Origin: an uncultured Gemmatimonadaceae bacterium
Lineage (GTDB): Bacteria; Gemmatimonadota; Gemmatimonadetes; Gemmatimonadales; Gemmatimonadaceae
DNA: 64,000 nt
NCBI GenBank assembly: GCA_963790305.1
Contig: CAWBOC010000005.1
Location: 160,001 to 224,000, forward strand
Reading direction: 5' to 3'
The notes under the pieces were generated by a model. That model made no database searches, was not told the origin of the DNA, and saw nothing but the letters and a program-made list of their open reading frames with translations. Positions 11,377-21,912 of this stretch are shown piece by piece (within the stretch, counting starts at the first letter, position 1; each line of letters begins with the position of its first letter). The translations under genes were made by a program, and so were the position numbers.

Positions 11377-12672
11377 TCACGCACTAGACGGACGGAGCCC
11401 GGCGTTTTCGACATCTCCGGTATCGGCGCATTCGCGCACCCGCCTCTCGAGAAAGCGCCGGACGGGAGCCGACCCCGAGCGCTCGGCGGCTCGGCCAAAG
11501 TGTGCGCCGGCCTCCGGGTATCGCCCGAGTCGTCGGAGCATCTCACCCAAGGCGGCATCAGAAGGAGGGTACCGGCGCAAGACGCTCTGGCCCGCCAACG
11601 CTTCCAAGGCGGTCAATCCGGCCGCTGGTCCGAACACTTCAGCGACAGCTACAGCTTTGTTTAGCGCCACTATCGGCGAATCGATGATTTCCATCAGACT
11701 GTCGTACAGCTCGAGGACGCGCTTCCAGTTCGTGGCCTCCCAGCTCGGCGCCAGCGTGTGGCAGGCGGCCAACTCCGCTTCGATGTGATACCGCGTCAGC
11801 TGGTCGCCCGACGCTGACCGCTCGAGGTGCCGGAGCCCAGCCGCCATGTGCGCCCGATCCCAGCTCGACCTGTCTTGCTCCGCGAGCAGGAGAAGCTCGC
11901 CCTCGGAGTCCGCGCGGGCATCGAAGCGCGCCGCGGTCAGGTGGAAAAGCGCCATGAGCGCGTGGACTTCGGGTCGCGCAAGTGACCCCTGGCGAAGCAG
12001 GAGCGCGCCCAGTCGCATCGCCTCCTCCGACACATCGCGGCGCAGCAACGCGTCCCCGGCGTGCGCGGTGTGGCCCTCCGTGAACATGGCGTAGAGCACG
12101 TCCAGCACCGACTCGAGGCGCTCCGGCAGCTCTGGACCCTCCGGCATCTCGAAGGCGAGGCCCGCCTCGCGGATGCGCCGCTTCGCCCGGACCAGCCGCT
12201 GATGAATCGCCGTCTCCTCAGCGAGAAACGCACGAGCGATCTCCCGTGCCCCGAAACCGCCGGCGAGCTTCAGCGTGAGCGTGACGCGCGCCTCGGCGGG
12301 GATCGACGGGTGACAACAAATGAAGATCATCCGAAGCTGGTCATCCAGAATTACCGGGTCGTCGAGGGAGACGGAGGAGTCAGGGTCACCCCACTGCGCG
12401 ATCTCTTCCCGAATGCGCATCTCGCGATCGTGCGCGAGGTGCTCGTGGCGCAGCACGTCGAGCGCACGATGCTTCGCGACCTGCACGAGCCACGCGGTGG
12501 GGTTTTCGGGAATGCCGTCACGTGGCCAGCGTCCCAGCGCAGCCAGCAGCGCCTCCTGCACAACGTCCTCGATCAGCTCGATGCGCGCAGGACCGAGGAT
12601 ACGCGCAAGCGTTGCCGTCATGCGCGCAGCGTCGTGGCGAAAGAGGTGGTCGACGAGCGCGGGAACGGACAA
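11377..12672 (-). CDS. ECF sigma factor with C-terminal TPR extension (ECF42-type)
   Basis: EDVVQEALLAAL..WP, NPTAWL, DDQLRMIFICCHP, QRLVRAK, QDRSSWD; adjacent DGPF gene; TTG start is approximate. Confidence 0.9.
   Translation of the reverse strand: MSVPALVDHLFRHDAARMTATLARILGPARIELIEDVVQEALLAALGRWPRDGIPENPTAWLVQVAKHRALDVLRHEHLAHDREMRIREEIAQWGDPDSSVSLDDPVILDDQLRMIFICCHPSIPAEARVTLTLKLAGGFGAREIARAFLAEETAIHQRLVRAKRRIREAGLAFEMPEGPELPERLESVLDVLYAMFTEGHTAHAGDALLRRDVSEEAMRLGALLLRQGSLARPEVHALMALFHLTAARFDARADSEGELLLLAEQDRSSWDRAHMAAGLRHLERSASGDQLTRYHIEAELAACHTLAPSWEATNWKRVLELYDSLMEIIDSPIVALNKAVAVAEVFGPAAGLTALEALAGQSVLRRYPPSDAALGEMLRRLGRYPEAGAHFGRAAERSGSAPVRRFLERRVRECADTGDVENAGLRPSSA
11387..11413 (-). 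promoter_or_regulatory. ECF42-type promoter motif
   Basis: Minus strand TGTCGA-N17-CGTC just upstream of the DGPF gene. Confidence 0.7.
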
Positions 12673-12719
12673 GCGAAGGTCGCGGTACGTGGATGCCGTG
12701 AAGGGAGGCGCGTACCCGG

Positions 12720-12748
12720 AGAATGATCGTTATGCCAAACCCCGTCAA
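12720..12748 (-). promoter_or_regulatory. sigma70-like promoter for the ECF gene
   Basis: TTGACG-N17-CATTCT. Confidence 0.45.
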
Positions 12749-12856
12749 CGTTCTTCTCCAAATGCTCACGTCTCGCCCCAGGTGAGGCGTTGACTTCCAA
12801 TGTGCGGCTCGCACATTAGCGGCCACCCTCGACCTCCTTCCGCTCTCAAGCTCGCA

Positions 12857-13751
12857 ATGCGACTGAGCCTTCGCTCGATTCCCGGATTTCGCCGTCTGTT
12901 CAAGCCATCGCACGACGAACGGAGGCGGCACGCGGCACAGGAGGCTCAGCGTCGCGTACAGCAGGAGCTGTATCTGCTCCATCTGCTGCAGACGCCCCGC
13001 TATGCCGATCCGCGCCACCTCGCGCACTTCGAAGCTCAAGTGTTCTCGCAGAACGGTGAGGATGGGATCATCAGCGAGATTCTGCGACGCGTCGGCACCA
13101 CCGACCGGTTCTTCGTCGAGATCGGGGCGGGCCATGGCATCGAAGGGAATACGGCGTATCTGCTGCGAAAGGGATGGAAGGGCATTCTGGCTCGAAGCCG
13201 ATCCGCGCGCCGTCCGCTCCATTCAGACGCACTTTGCCGCCGAGCTGGAGAGCGGCCAGCTCCGGCTCGTGCATTCCTTCGTCACGCGCGAAAACGCGGC
13301 CGATCTGCTGACCGGCGCGCGCGTGCCCGGCGAGTTCGACGTCCTCTCGATCGATGTCGATCGAAATACGTCACACGTCTGGCGAGCCCTCGCCGCGTTT
13401 CGGCCACGTCTCCTCATCATCGAATACAACGCGTCGATCCCCGCGTCCGATGAGTGGGAGGTGCCTTACGACGCGGACGCGGTGTGGGACGAGTCGTCCT
13501 ACTTTGGAGCGAGTCTCAAGTCGCTCGAGCGGATCGGCGCCGAGCGTGGGTACGTGGTCGTCGCGTGCGAGCGCACGGGCCTGAACGCGTTCTTCGTTCG
13601 CGCCGATGCCGCCGCGAATCAGTTTCCGGGTCCCTTGAATTCGGAAGCATGCTATGAGCCGCCGCGCTACTTTCTCACGCGCGAATGGGGACATCCTCGG
13701 CGCTGGATCGAGGAGCGACTTCAGCGTCGCCGCACATGGGCCTCGGAGTAA
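12857..13751 (+). CDS. FkbM-like SAM-dependent methyltransferase-fold protein (frameshift near 13180)
   Basis: FSQNGEDGII...FVEIGAGHGIEGNT continues in another frame as FWLEAD...DVLSIDVD...IIEYNAS...YFGASL...NAFFVR. Confidence 0.7.
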
Positions 13752-13778
13752 TAGCGGCTGTGCGGCCAGCCGAATTCT

Positions 13779-14954
13779 TCACCCCTCACTCCTCGTTCCA
13801 CTCTTCAGCATTACCCACCCCGCCATACCGGCGACGAGCGAGGCGCCGAGAATGCCAAGCTTCGCCGAGTCGAGCAGATTGGCATCGGTGAATGCGAGGC
13901 CGGCGATGAAGAGCGACATCGTGAAGCCTATGCCACCCAGCCAGCTCACGCCGTGAAGTGCGCGCCACGACGTTTGGGCAGGCAACGTTGCCAGGCCGAA
14001 TCGCACCGCCATCCAGGAAAAGAACGTGATGCCGATCGGCTTGCCGAATACGAGTCCGAGCACGACGCCCGACGTCACCGGTAGCGACAGCGAGTCGAGG
14101 AGACCGCCGACTGCTACGCCCGCGTTCGCGAGCGCGAACAGCGGCATGATGAAGAAAGCCACTGGTCCATGGAGACTGCGCTCCATCGTGAACAGCGGTG
14201 ACTCGACATCGAGAGACTCCTCTTCGTCCACACGCGCGCGCGCGGGAATCGTCATCGCCAACACGACACCGGCAACGGTGGCATGGACGCCCGACTTGAG
14301 AAACGCCAGCCACAATAGCACGCCAAGAGCGAGATAGGGCGCCGGGCGCCGAACCCCGAGAACGTTGAGGCCAATCAGCGCCGCAAGAATTCCTGCGCCG
14401 ACCAGCAGCGAGTAATAGGCAAGCCCGCTCGTGTAGAACAGCGCGATCACCATGACCGCGCCAAGATCGTCAGCGATCGCAAGGGCGGTGAGGAAGACCT
14501 TGAGCCCCACCGGAACCCGCGGACCGAGGAGCGCAAGAACGCCAAGGGCGAACGCGATGTCGGTCGCCATCGGGATACCCCATCCTGCGCTTCCAGGGCC
14601 GCCGGCGTTGAGCGCCGCATAGATGAGCGCGGGGACGATCATTCCGCCCAGCGCTCCCGCGATCGGGAGCGCCGCCTGACGCGGTGTCGAGAGCTCGCCC
14701 ACCAGCATCTCGCGCTTGATCTCGAGGCCGACGACGAAGAAAAACACCGCCATCAACCCATCATTGATCCAGTGGTGCAGGGACATGTCGAGCGCGTGCC
14801 ACCCGACGCGGATGCCGATGTTGGTCTCCCAGAGGTGGAAATAGCTGTCGCCCCATGGCGAGTTGGCCCACAGCAATGCGACGGCCGCGCACACGAGCAG
14901 CACGATTCCGCCGGCCGACTCGGTATGCGCGAAACGTTGGAATGGACGTAGCAT
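13779..14954 (-). CDS. nhaA: Na+/H+ antiporter NhaA
   Basis: WINDGLMAVFF, GLEIKRE, MATDIAF, AIADD, GIGFTMSLFI. Confidence 0.96.
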   Translation of the reverse strand: MLRPFQRFAHTESAGGIVLLVCAAVALLWANSPWGDSYFHLWETNIGIRVGWHALDMSLHHWINDGLMAVFFFVVGLEIKREMLVGELSTPRQAALPIAGALGGMIVPALIYAALNAGGPGSAGWGIPMATDIAFALGVLALLGPRVPVGLKVFLTALAIADDLGAVMVIALFYTSGLAYYSLLVGAGILAALIGLNVLGVRRPAPYLALGVLLWLAFLKSGVHATVAGVVLAMTIPARARVDEEESLDVESPLFTMERSLHGPVAFFIMPLFALANAGVAVGGLLDSLSLPVTSGVVLGLVFGKPIGITFFSWMAVRFGLATLPAQTSWRALHGVSWLGGIGFTMSLFIAGLAFTDANLLDSAKLGILGASLVAGMAGWVMLKSGTRSEG

Positions 14955-15763
14955 CACGGGGCGGTCGCCGACGTCTCCCACATGCGGCTCGCCAGCTCGC
15001 GGACGAGCTTCGCGCACACGTGGCTCGTTAGGTCTCCGACATCGCGCGAGGGGTTGAACTCGACGACGTCGGCACCGACCAGCGGGCCTTCGACCGTCTG
15101 GATGACGCTCAGGACCTCGCGAACGCTGAGCCCGCCGGGCTCCCGGTGCGACACTCCCGGCGCGAAGGCTGGATCCACCCCATCGATGTCGACGGAGACG
15201 TAGACGGGACCGTGCACTCTGGGTCGCGCTCCGGCGGTCCATGCCCGCATGTCGATCACGTCAACCTCGAACCGATCGGCCTGGGCGCGCTGGTGCGCAT
15301 TCATGGCCCGGATGCCGACCTGCACGAGGCGATCAGCGAGCTCGCCTTCCATGATGCGCGCGAACGGACAGGCGTGAGACAGCCGGTCGCCGTCGAACAG
15401 GTCGTAAAGATCGGGGTGCGCATCGAACTGGAGAATGGTGAGCTTCGGCCACCGTGCGCGGACCGCGCGAACGATCGGGAAGGTGATGGAGTGATCCCCG
15501 CCCAGTGAGATCGGACAGCCACCACGCGCGAGCACGGCTGCCACCGCGTCGGTGATGCTCGCGGTGGGATCACCGGTGCCGGCGAAATCGACATCGCCTG
15601 CGTCCGCGAGAGCTCCCGGCGCACGGAGATCGATCAGGGCTTCGCTGACGCCATTCCCCGCGTCGGACGCGAGCTCACGCCGAATCAGCGCCGGGCCCGC
15701 CGCGGCGCCACGGAGAAACGATGACGCCCCATCGAACGGAACACCGATCAGCGTCGGCGTCAC
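14954..15763 (-). CDS. agmatinase/arginase (ureohydrolase) family protein
   Basis: GGDHS, DAHPD, SVDIDGVDP..APG, DVVEFNP. Confidence 0.92.
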   Translation of the reverse strand: MTPTLIGVPFDGASSFLRGAAAGPALIRRELASDAGNGVSEALIDLRAPGALADAGDVDFAGTGDPTASITDAVAAVLARGGCPISLGGDHSITFPIVRAVRARWPKLTILQFDAHPDLYDLFDGDRLSHACPFARIMEGELADRLVQVGIRAMNAHQRAQADRFEVDVIDMRAWTAGARPRVHGPVYVSVDIDGVDPAFAPGVSHREPGGLSVREVLSVIQTVEGPLVGADVVEFNPSRDVGDLTSHVCAKLVRELASRMWETSATAP

Positions 15764-15767
15764 CGTC

Positions 15768-16694
15768 CTACCGAAAGACGTTCTGCACGACGAACCACAT
15801 GTTCGCGGGACGCTCCGCGAGCCGGCGCATGTACCACGGGAACCAGTTCGTGCCGTAGCTGATCAGCGTCCGCACTCTCGTGCCGGCGGTGGCGAGCGCA
15901 CGCTGAGTCTGCGTCGCGATCCCGTACAGCATGTGAACTTCATACGCGCGCGGCGGCAGGCGTCGCCCATTCGCATGCATGCGAAGCGCTTCGATCAGTC
16001 GAGCGTCGTGGGTGCCCAATACGGGCAGGCCATGGCCGCGCGCAGCCTGGTCGAGGAGGCGTCGCCCCATCGAGAGATAGGCCGCGTCGATGTCCTGGCG
16101 TCGCGTCAGCGCGCGGGCCGCGGGCTCTCGATAGGCACCCTTCACCAGGCGAATCGAGGGTTGCAGCGGCAGCAGCGTCTCGATGTCCATCGGCGTTCGG
16201 TGCAGGTAGGCCTGGAGGCATAGTCCGACGTTCGCGTGCGACGCGCGAATCTCACGGAAGATGCCCAGCGTCGCGTCGACGTAGTGCGATTCCTCCATGT
16301 CGATCCACACGAACGAGCCGACCGTCGCCGCGTGGGCCGCGAGACGCGCCACATCGGCTGCGCACGCATCGCGGCCGGCGTCGAGCCCGAGGTGCGTGAG
16401 CTTCACGGACAGCTGCGTGGGAAGCGAGCGCGCCTTGATCGCATCGAGGGCGCCGAGATAGTGCTCCCGCACGGCGGCTGCCTCGCCCCGCGTCGTCACG
16501 CGCTCGCCCAGATTCGTGATGACGGAGCCGAGATCTTCGGCGGCGAGCACGGCGGCCGCGTCGAGAGCGGCGCCGAGCTCCTCGCCAGGGAGGAAGCTCT
16601 TCACCGCACGCCGCGTGAACTCGTGCTTCCGGAACTGGTTGGCCAGCCACTCGCTGCGCGAGGCGCGCAAAAGGGCCGTGCGGGCAAGGGACAT
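15768..16694 (-). CDS. monofunctional proline dehydrogenase
   Basis: SVKLTHLG, WIDMEE, LQAYL, RLVKGAY, GTHD, MLYG, YMRRLAERPAN. Confidence 0.94.
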   Translation of the reverse strand: MSLARTALLRASRSEWLANQFRKHEFTRRAVKSFLPGEELGAALDAAAVLAAEDLGSVITNLGERVTTRGEAAAVREHYLGALDAIKARSLPTQLSVKLTHLGLDAGRDACAADVARLAAHAATVGSFVWIDMEESHYVDATLGIFREIRASHANVGLCLQAYLHRTPMDIETLLPLQPSIRLVKGAYREPAARALTRRQDIDAAYLSMGRRLLDQAARGHGLPVLGTHDARLIEALRMHANGRRLPPRAYEVHMLYGIATQTQRALATAGTRVRTLISYGTNWFPWYMRRLAERPANMWFVVQNVFR

Positions 16695-16814
16695 GAGCGC
16701 GAGGTTAGCGATCCGCGGCGCCAGCGTCCAGTGCTGCGCGCCAGGCGCTAAATTTCAGGTCAGGGGTCCCGGCAGCCGCCGAGCACAACACTTCCCTTCT
16801 CACCGAGATACCCG

Positions 16815-17840
16815 CTGCTCCTTCGCTCCACCGACCGCGGCTTTTACTGCGAAGCCGGCGGCTTCTTCATCGACCCCTGGGCGCCCGTCGATCGCGCGGT
16901 GATCACGCACGCACATGGAGATCACGCCCGCTGGGGATCTCGACACTACCTCGCCTCGCACGAGGGACGTCATGTCCTGCGAACGCGGCTCGGCCCGGGC
17001 GCGCATATCGAGACCGTCGAGTACGGGAGACCGGTCGACATCAACGGCGTTCGCGTATCGCTTCACCCCGCCGGTCACATCCTCGGCTCCGCGCAGGTGC
17101 GCGTGGAGCATCGCGGAGAGGTGTGGGTCGTGTCCGGCGACTACAAGACCGAGCCCGACCCAACGTGTGCGCCATTCGAGGCCGTGCGTTGCCACACGTT
17201 CGTGACGGAGTCCACGTTCGGCCTGCCCATCTATCGGTGGCGGCCGCAGCAGGACGTCTTCGCCGAGATCCGAGCGTGGTGGGGCGCCAATCGTGAGGCG
17301 GGGCGCGCCTCCGTCATCTTCGGCTACGCCCTCGGGAAGGCGCAGCGCGTGCTGGCCGCGTTCACGAACGGCGGCGAAGGGCCGATCTACACGCACGGAG
17401 CGGTGGAGCGGCTCACCCGTGACTATCGCGATTCCGGCGTCGCGCTTCCGTCCACGACCTATGCTTCCAACATCCAGCGCGGCCATGCCTGGGGAGGCGC
17501 GCTCATCGTGGCGCCGCCATCGGCAATGGGCTCGACCTGGCTGCGCCGGTTCGGCGCGTCCTCTACCGCGTTCGCATCCGGGTGGATGCAGATCCGCGGG
17601 GCGCGTCGCCGGCGTTCGGTCGATCGTGGCTTCGTACTCTCCGATCACGTGGACTGGCCGTCGTTGCTGGAGACCATCAAGGCTACGGGCGCCGGCCGAG
17701 TGCTCGTGACACACGGCTATCGCGAGCCCGTCGTGCGTTGGCTCACCGAGCACGGCATCGAAGCACAGGTCGCCGCCAGTCAGTGGGAGGGTGAGCTCGA
17801 CTCCGAAGTGGAGCTGGCCGAGGGAGAATCACCGGCGTGA
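16815..17840 (+). CDS. ligase-associated DNA damage response exonuclease (MBL/beta-CASP-like)
   Basis: IDPW...AVITHAHGDHAR, PAGHILGSAQ, ESTFGLP, LSDHVDW; homology extends in frame upstream of GTG 16899, so the start is uncertain. Confidence 0.9.
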   Translation: MLLRSTDRGFYCEAGGFFIDPWAPVDRAVITHAHGDHARWGSRHYLASHEGRHVLRTRLGPGAHIETVEYGRPVDINGVRVSLHPAGHILGSAQVRVEHRGEVWVVSGDYKTEPDPTCAPFEAVRCHTFVTESTFGLPIYRWRPQQDVFAEIRAWWGANREAGRASVIFGYALGKAQRVLAAFTNGGEGPIYTHGAVERLTRDYRDSGVALPSTTYASNIQRGHAWGGALIVAPPSAMGSTWLRRFGASSTAFASGWMQIRGARRRRSVDRGFVLSDHVDWPSLLETIKATGAGRVLVTHGYREPVVRWLTEHGIEAQVAASQWEGELDSEVELAEGESPA

Positions 17841-19429
17841 AGCGGTTTGCGCAGCTCTTCACGGAACTGGACGAGACCACCCGCACCAGCGAGAAGGTCG
17901 CGGCGATGGAGCGCTACTTCGCAACGGCTGCTCCCGCCGACGCGGCATGGGCCGTGTACTTCCTGAGCGGTGCTCGCCCCAAGCGGCTCGTCCCGGTGCG
18001 TCGGGTCGCGACGTGGGCGATGGAGGAGTCCGACGTTCCGGCGTGGCTGTTCGAGGAGAGCTACTCCACCGTAGGTGATCTGGCGGAGACGATCGCGCTG
18101 CTCCTGCCGCGGGCGGTGGAGACAATCGATCGTCCGCTGCATCGGTTGATCGAGGAGTCGGTGCTCTCCCTCGCCGGCCAGCCGGAGGACGTTCAGCGTG
18201 GCATCGTCGTGCGCGCATGGCGCGAGATCGACGGCGTCGCACGCTTCCTCTTGAACAAGCTCATTACCGGTGAGCTTCGCGTCGGCGTGTCGCGGAGCCT
18301 CGTCGTGCGAGCGCTGTCGCGCGTGAGCGGTGTACCGGAAGCGGTCGTCGCGCACCGGCTGTCGGGTGCGTGGGAACCGCGACCCGAGGCATATCAGCGA
18401 CTCGTCGGAGCCGACACGGCCGACGCGCACATCTCGCAGCCCTATCCATTCTTCCTCGCCTACGCGCTCGAGGAAGACCTGGAAGCGCTCGGCGACGTTA
18501 GCGAGTGGCAGGCGGAATGGAAGTGGGACGGGATTCGCGCACAGATGATTCGGCGCAGCGATCGCTCCTTCATCTGGTCGCGCGGTGAGGAGCTGGTGAC
18601 GGACCGCTTTCCCGAGCTGAGCGCCGCGGCGGCGCTGCTGAGAAACGGCACTGTCATCGACGGCGAGATCATGCCATGGATGGACGACCGTCCACTCCCG
18701 TTCGCACAGCTGCAGCGCCGCATCGGCCGCAAGACACTTGGCCCGAAGATTCTTGCCGAGGTTCCCGTCGTATTGCTCGCATACGATCTCCTCGAGCACA
18801 CGGGGCAGGATGCACGCGAGCACCCTCTGTCGTGGCGCAGGGCCCGCCTCGAGGAGCTCGTCGGCGAGAAGGGCATCGCGTCGCGCGTGCTCTTGTCGCC
18901 AGTGGTCCGCGCGACGGACTGGGCAGGGATCCGCGATGCATATGACGCGGCGCGAGACCGGTGCGCGGAAGGCCTCATGCTCAAGCGTCTGGATGCCCCA
19001 TACGGCGTCGGACGGCGCCGTGGCCCGTGGTGGAAATGGAAGATCGCTCCCTACTCGGTGGACGCGGTGCTGGTCTACGCGCAGCCGGGCCACGGGCGCC
19101 GAGCGGCGCTCTATACCGACTACACGTTTGCGGTGTGGCAGGAAGGGGAGCTCGTCCCGTTCGCGAAGGCGTATTCCGGGCTCACCGATCTCGAGATTCG
19201 CAAGCTCGACGGCTGGATCCGTCGTCACACCGTGGAGAAGTTCGGCCCCGTGCGCTCGGTCAAGCCGGAGCAGGTGTTCGAGCTGCACTTCGAGGGGATT
19301 CAGCCGTCGCCGCGACACAAATCGGGCGTCGCGGTGCGCTTTCCTCGAATCGCCCGGTGGCGCGAAGACAAGCGTGCCGAAGAAGCGGATACGCTCGAGG
19401 CGCTGCGCGCGCTCATGGCGGCTCAATGA
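17837..19429 (+). CDS. ATP-dependent DNA ligase
   Basis: EWKWDGIR adenylation motif, IDGEI, EGLMLK, RFPRI. Confidence 0.96.
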   Translation: MKRFAQLFTELDETTRTSEKVAAMERYFATAAPADAAWAVYFLSGARPKRLVPVRRVATWAMEESDVPAWLFEESYSTVGDLAETIALLLPRAVETIDRPLHRLIEESVLSLAGQPEDVQRGIVVRAWREIDGVARFLLNKLITGELRVGVSRSLVVRALSRVSGVPEAVVAHRLSGAWEPRPEAYQRLVGADTADAHISQPYPFFLAYALEEDLEALGDVSEWQAEWKWDGIRAQMIRRSDRSFIWSRGEELVTDRFPELSAAAALLRNGTVIDGEIMPWMDDRPLPFAQLQRRIGRKTLGPKILAEVPVVLLAYDLLEHTGQDAREHPLSWRRARLEELVGEKGIASRVLLSPVVRATDWAGIRDAYDAARDRCAEGLMLKRLDAPYGVGRRRGPWWKWKIAPYSVDAVLVYAQPGHGRRAALYTDYTFAVWQEGELVPFAKAYSGLTDLEIRKLDGWIRRHTVEKFGPVRSVKPEQVFELHFEGIQPSPRHKSGVAVRFPRIARWREDKRAEEADTLEALRALMAAQ

Positions 19430-21912
19430 GCGGCCTGACGACAATGCGAGATGTATCCGATGCGCTCGCCACGACGGATGAAGCCATCGACCGCGTCCAG
19501 CGATGGTTCGCCTCGCGTGGCTGGACGCCATTTCCTTTTCAGCTCGAGGTCTGGCGCGCGTACCTCGCCGGCGAGTCGGGGCTGGTGCATGCGGCCACCG
19601 GAACGGGGAAGACACTTGCCGTCTGGATGGCGCCGCTCATCGAGGCGATGCGTGAGGCTCGTCAGGCATTGGGACTGCGTGTCCTGTGGATCACGCCGCT
19701 CCGCGCGCTCGCCGCGGACACCGCGGAAGCACTCCTCCAGCCGCTGAATGACCTCGGGCTCGACTGGACCATCGAGACGCGCACCAGCGACACATCCTCC
19801 GCCGTTCGGGCGCGACAGAGCAAGCGCCTGCCGACCGGGCTCCTCACGACACCGGAGAGCCTGTCGATCCTCTTGTCGAGGGAGAACGCGGCACGGCAGC
19901 TCGAGAACCTCCGCGTCGTCGTCGTCGACGAGTGGCACGAGCTCATGGGAACCAAGCGGGGCGTGCAGGTGGAGCTCGCGCTCGCGCGACTGCGGAGGAT
20001 GCGCCCGGACGTTCGGATCTGGGGCTTGTCCGCCACCATTGGGAATCTCGATGACGCACGCGACGCGCTGCTCGGCACCGAGCCTCGACTCAACCGAGTC
20101 GTGCGCGGCGTCGAGCCCAAGCGCGTCGTCGTCGATGCGCTGATTCCGCCTGTCGTCGAGCGCTTTCCGTGGGCGGGCCATCTCGGTACGCAAATGCTGC
20201 CAGCTGTCGTGAAGGCGATCGAGGAGGGCGAAAGCGCGATCGTCTTCACCAATACACGTTCGCAGACCGAGATCTGGTACCGCGCCCTCCTCGAGGCGCA
20301 ACCCGATTGGGCCGGCCTGATCGCGCTCCATCACGGGTCACTGGAGCGAAAGACGCGCGAGTGGGTCGAAGAGGGTTTGCGAGCGGGCCGGCTCCGCTGC
20401 GTCATCGCGACGTCGAGCCTCGATCTCGGGGTCGATTTCTCTCCAGTCGATCGCGTCCTTCAGATCGGCAGTCCGAAAGGCGTCGCGCGCCTGCTGCAGC
20501 GCGCTGGGCGAAGCGGCCACCGTCCCGGTGCGTCGAGTCGCGTGACTTGCGTCCCCACGAACGTGCTCGAGCTCATCGACGTCGCCGCGGCGCGGGATGG
20601 GATCGAGAGGGGAGCCATCGAGTCGCGACTTGCCGTCGAGCGCCCACTGGACCTGCTCGTACAGCACGTCGTCACCGTCGCGCTCGGCGGCGGCTTCATC
20701 GCTGACGAGCTCGTTCGCGAGGTGCGCACGACTCACGCCTATGCCGAGCTGACCGACGCGGAATGGGCATGGGTCATGGACTTCGTGTCGCGCGGCGGCG
20801 ATGCGCTCCAGCGATACGAGGAGTACGCCCGCGTGGTGCAGCGCGACGGCCGATGGATCGTGGCGAACCGCGAGATCGCGCGCCGGCATCGCCTGTCGAT
20901 TGGCACGATCGTCAGCGACGCCCAGATCACCGTGCAGTACCTTCGCGGCCAGCGCCTTGGATCCGTCGAGGAATCGTTCATCGCGCGTCTGCGGCCGGGT
21001 GACCGCTTCACCTTCGCCGGCAAGCCGCTCGAGTTTGTGCGCGTGCGCGACATGCGCGCGTGGGTACGACGTGCGCCGAATGGCCAGGGTGTGATCCCGC
21101 GATGGATGGGCAGCCGCTTGCCCCTCTCGGGCGAGCTAGCCGCCGCCATTCGTCGGCGACTGGACGAAGCTCACCGCGGAATCTTTCGTGGCGCGGAGAT
21201 GGAAGCACTCCGTCCCATTCTCGAAGTGCAGGGGCGCTGGTCTCGGATTCCCGCGCAGGATGAGCTGCTCATCGAGCGCGTGCGCACGCGCGAGGGGCAC
21301 CATCTCTTCGTCTTCCCGTTCGAAGGCCGGCTGGTTCACGAAGGGCTGGCGGCGTTGTTCGCGTATCGATTGTCGCGCCTCGCTCCGATCTCGTTCACGC
21401 TCGCGGCCAACGACTACGGCCTGGAGCTCCTCTCGGCTGACCCTGCACCGCTCGAGGATGCGCTCGCTCGAGGCCTGCTCTCACCACGGGATCTGTTCGA
21501 CGACCTGCTCGCCGCGCTCAACGCCAGCGAGATGGCCAAGCGTCAGTTCAGGGAGATCGCGCGCATTGCAGGACTCGTCTTTCCTGGGTTTCCTCGCAGT
21601 GGCAAGACGGCGCGGCAGCTGCAGGCCTCGAGTGGGCTCTTCTTCGATGTGCTCGAGCGCTACGATCCCGCGAACCTGTTGCTCGGGCAAGCCCGTCGTG
21701 AAGTGCTCGAGCGGCAGCTCGAGCGCAGCAGACTCGCGCGCGCGCTGGAGCGGCTCGCGAGTGGGCGCGTCGTGATCACGACTCCGCGCCGCACTCCTCC
21801 ACTCGCGTTTCCACTTCTCGTTGATCGCACGCGCGACCGGGTGTCGTCGGAGACACTCGCCGATCGCATTCGCCGAATGCAGCTCGCGCTGGAGCGTGCG
21901 GCGGATGGATGA
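19426..21912 (+). CDS. ligase-associated DEXH-box (Lhr-like) helicase
   Basis: ATGTGKT, DEWHE, LSAT, HHGSL, QRAGRSGH; ATGA overlap with the ligase. Confidence 0.95.
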   Translation: MSGLTTMRDVSDALATTDEAIDRVQRWFASRGWTPFPFQLEVWRAYLAGESGLVHAATGTGKTLAVWMAPLIEAMREARQALGLRVLWITPLRALAADTAEALLQPLNDLGLDWTIETRTSDTSSAVRARQSKRLPTGLLTTPESLSILLSRENAARQLENLRVVVVDEWHELMGTKRGVQVELALARLRRMRPDVRIWGLSATIGNLDDARDALLGTEPRLNRVVRGVEPKRVVVDALIPPVVERFPWAGHLGTQMLPAVVKAIEEGESAIVFTNTRSQTEIWYRALLEAQPDWAGLIALHHGSLERKTREWVEEGLRAGRLRCVIATSSLDLGVDFSPVDRVLQIGSPKGVARLLQRAGRSGHRPGASSRVTCVPTNVLELIDVAAARDGIERGAIESRLAVERPLDLLVQHVVTVALGGGFIADELVREVRTTHAYAELTDAEWAWVMDFVSRGGDALQRYEEYARVVQRDGRWIVANREIARRHRLSIGTIVSDAQITVQYLRGQRLGSVEESFIARLRPGDRFTFAGKPLEFVRVRDMRAWVRRAPNGQGVIPRWMGSRLPLSGELAAAIRRRLDEAHRGIFRGAEMEALRPILEVQGRWSRIPAQDELLIERVRTREGHHLFVFPFEGRLVHEGLAALFAYRLSRLAPISFTLAANDYGLELLSADPAPLEDALARGLLSPRDLFDDLLAALNASEMAKRQFREIARIAGLVFPGFPRSGKTARQLQASSGLFFDVLERYDPANLLLGQARREVLERQLERSRLARALERLASGRVVITTPRRTPPLAFPLLVDRTRDRVSSETLADRIRRMQLALERAADG

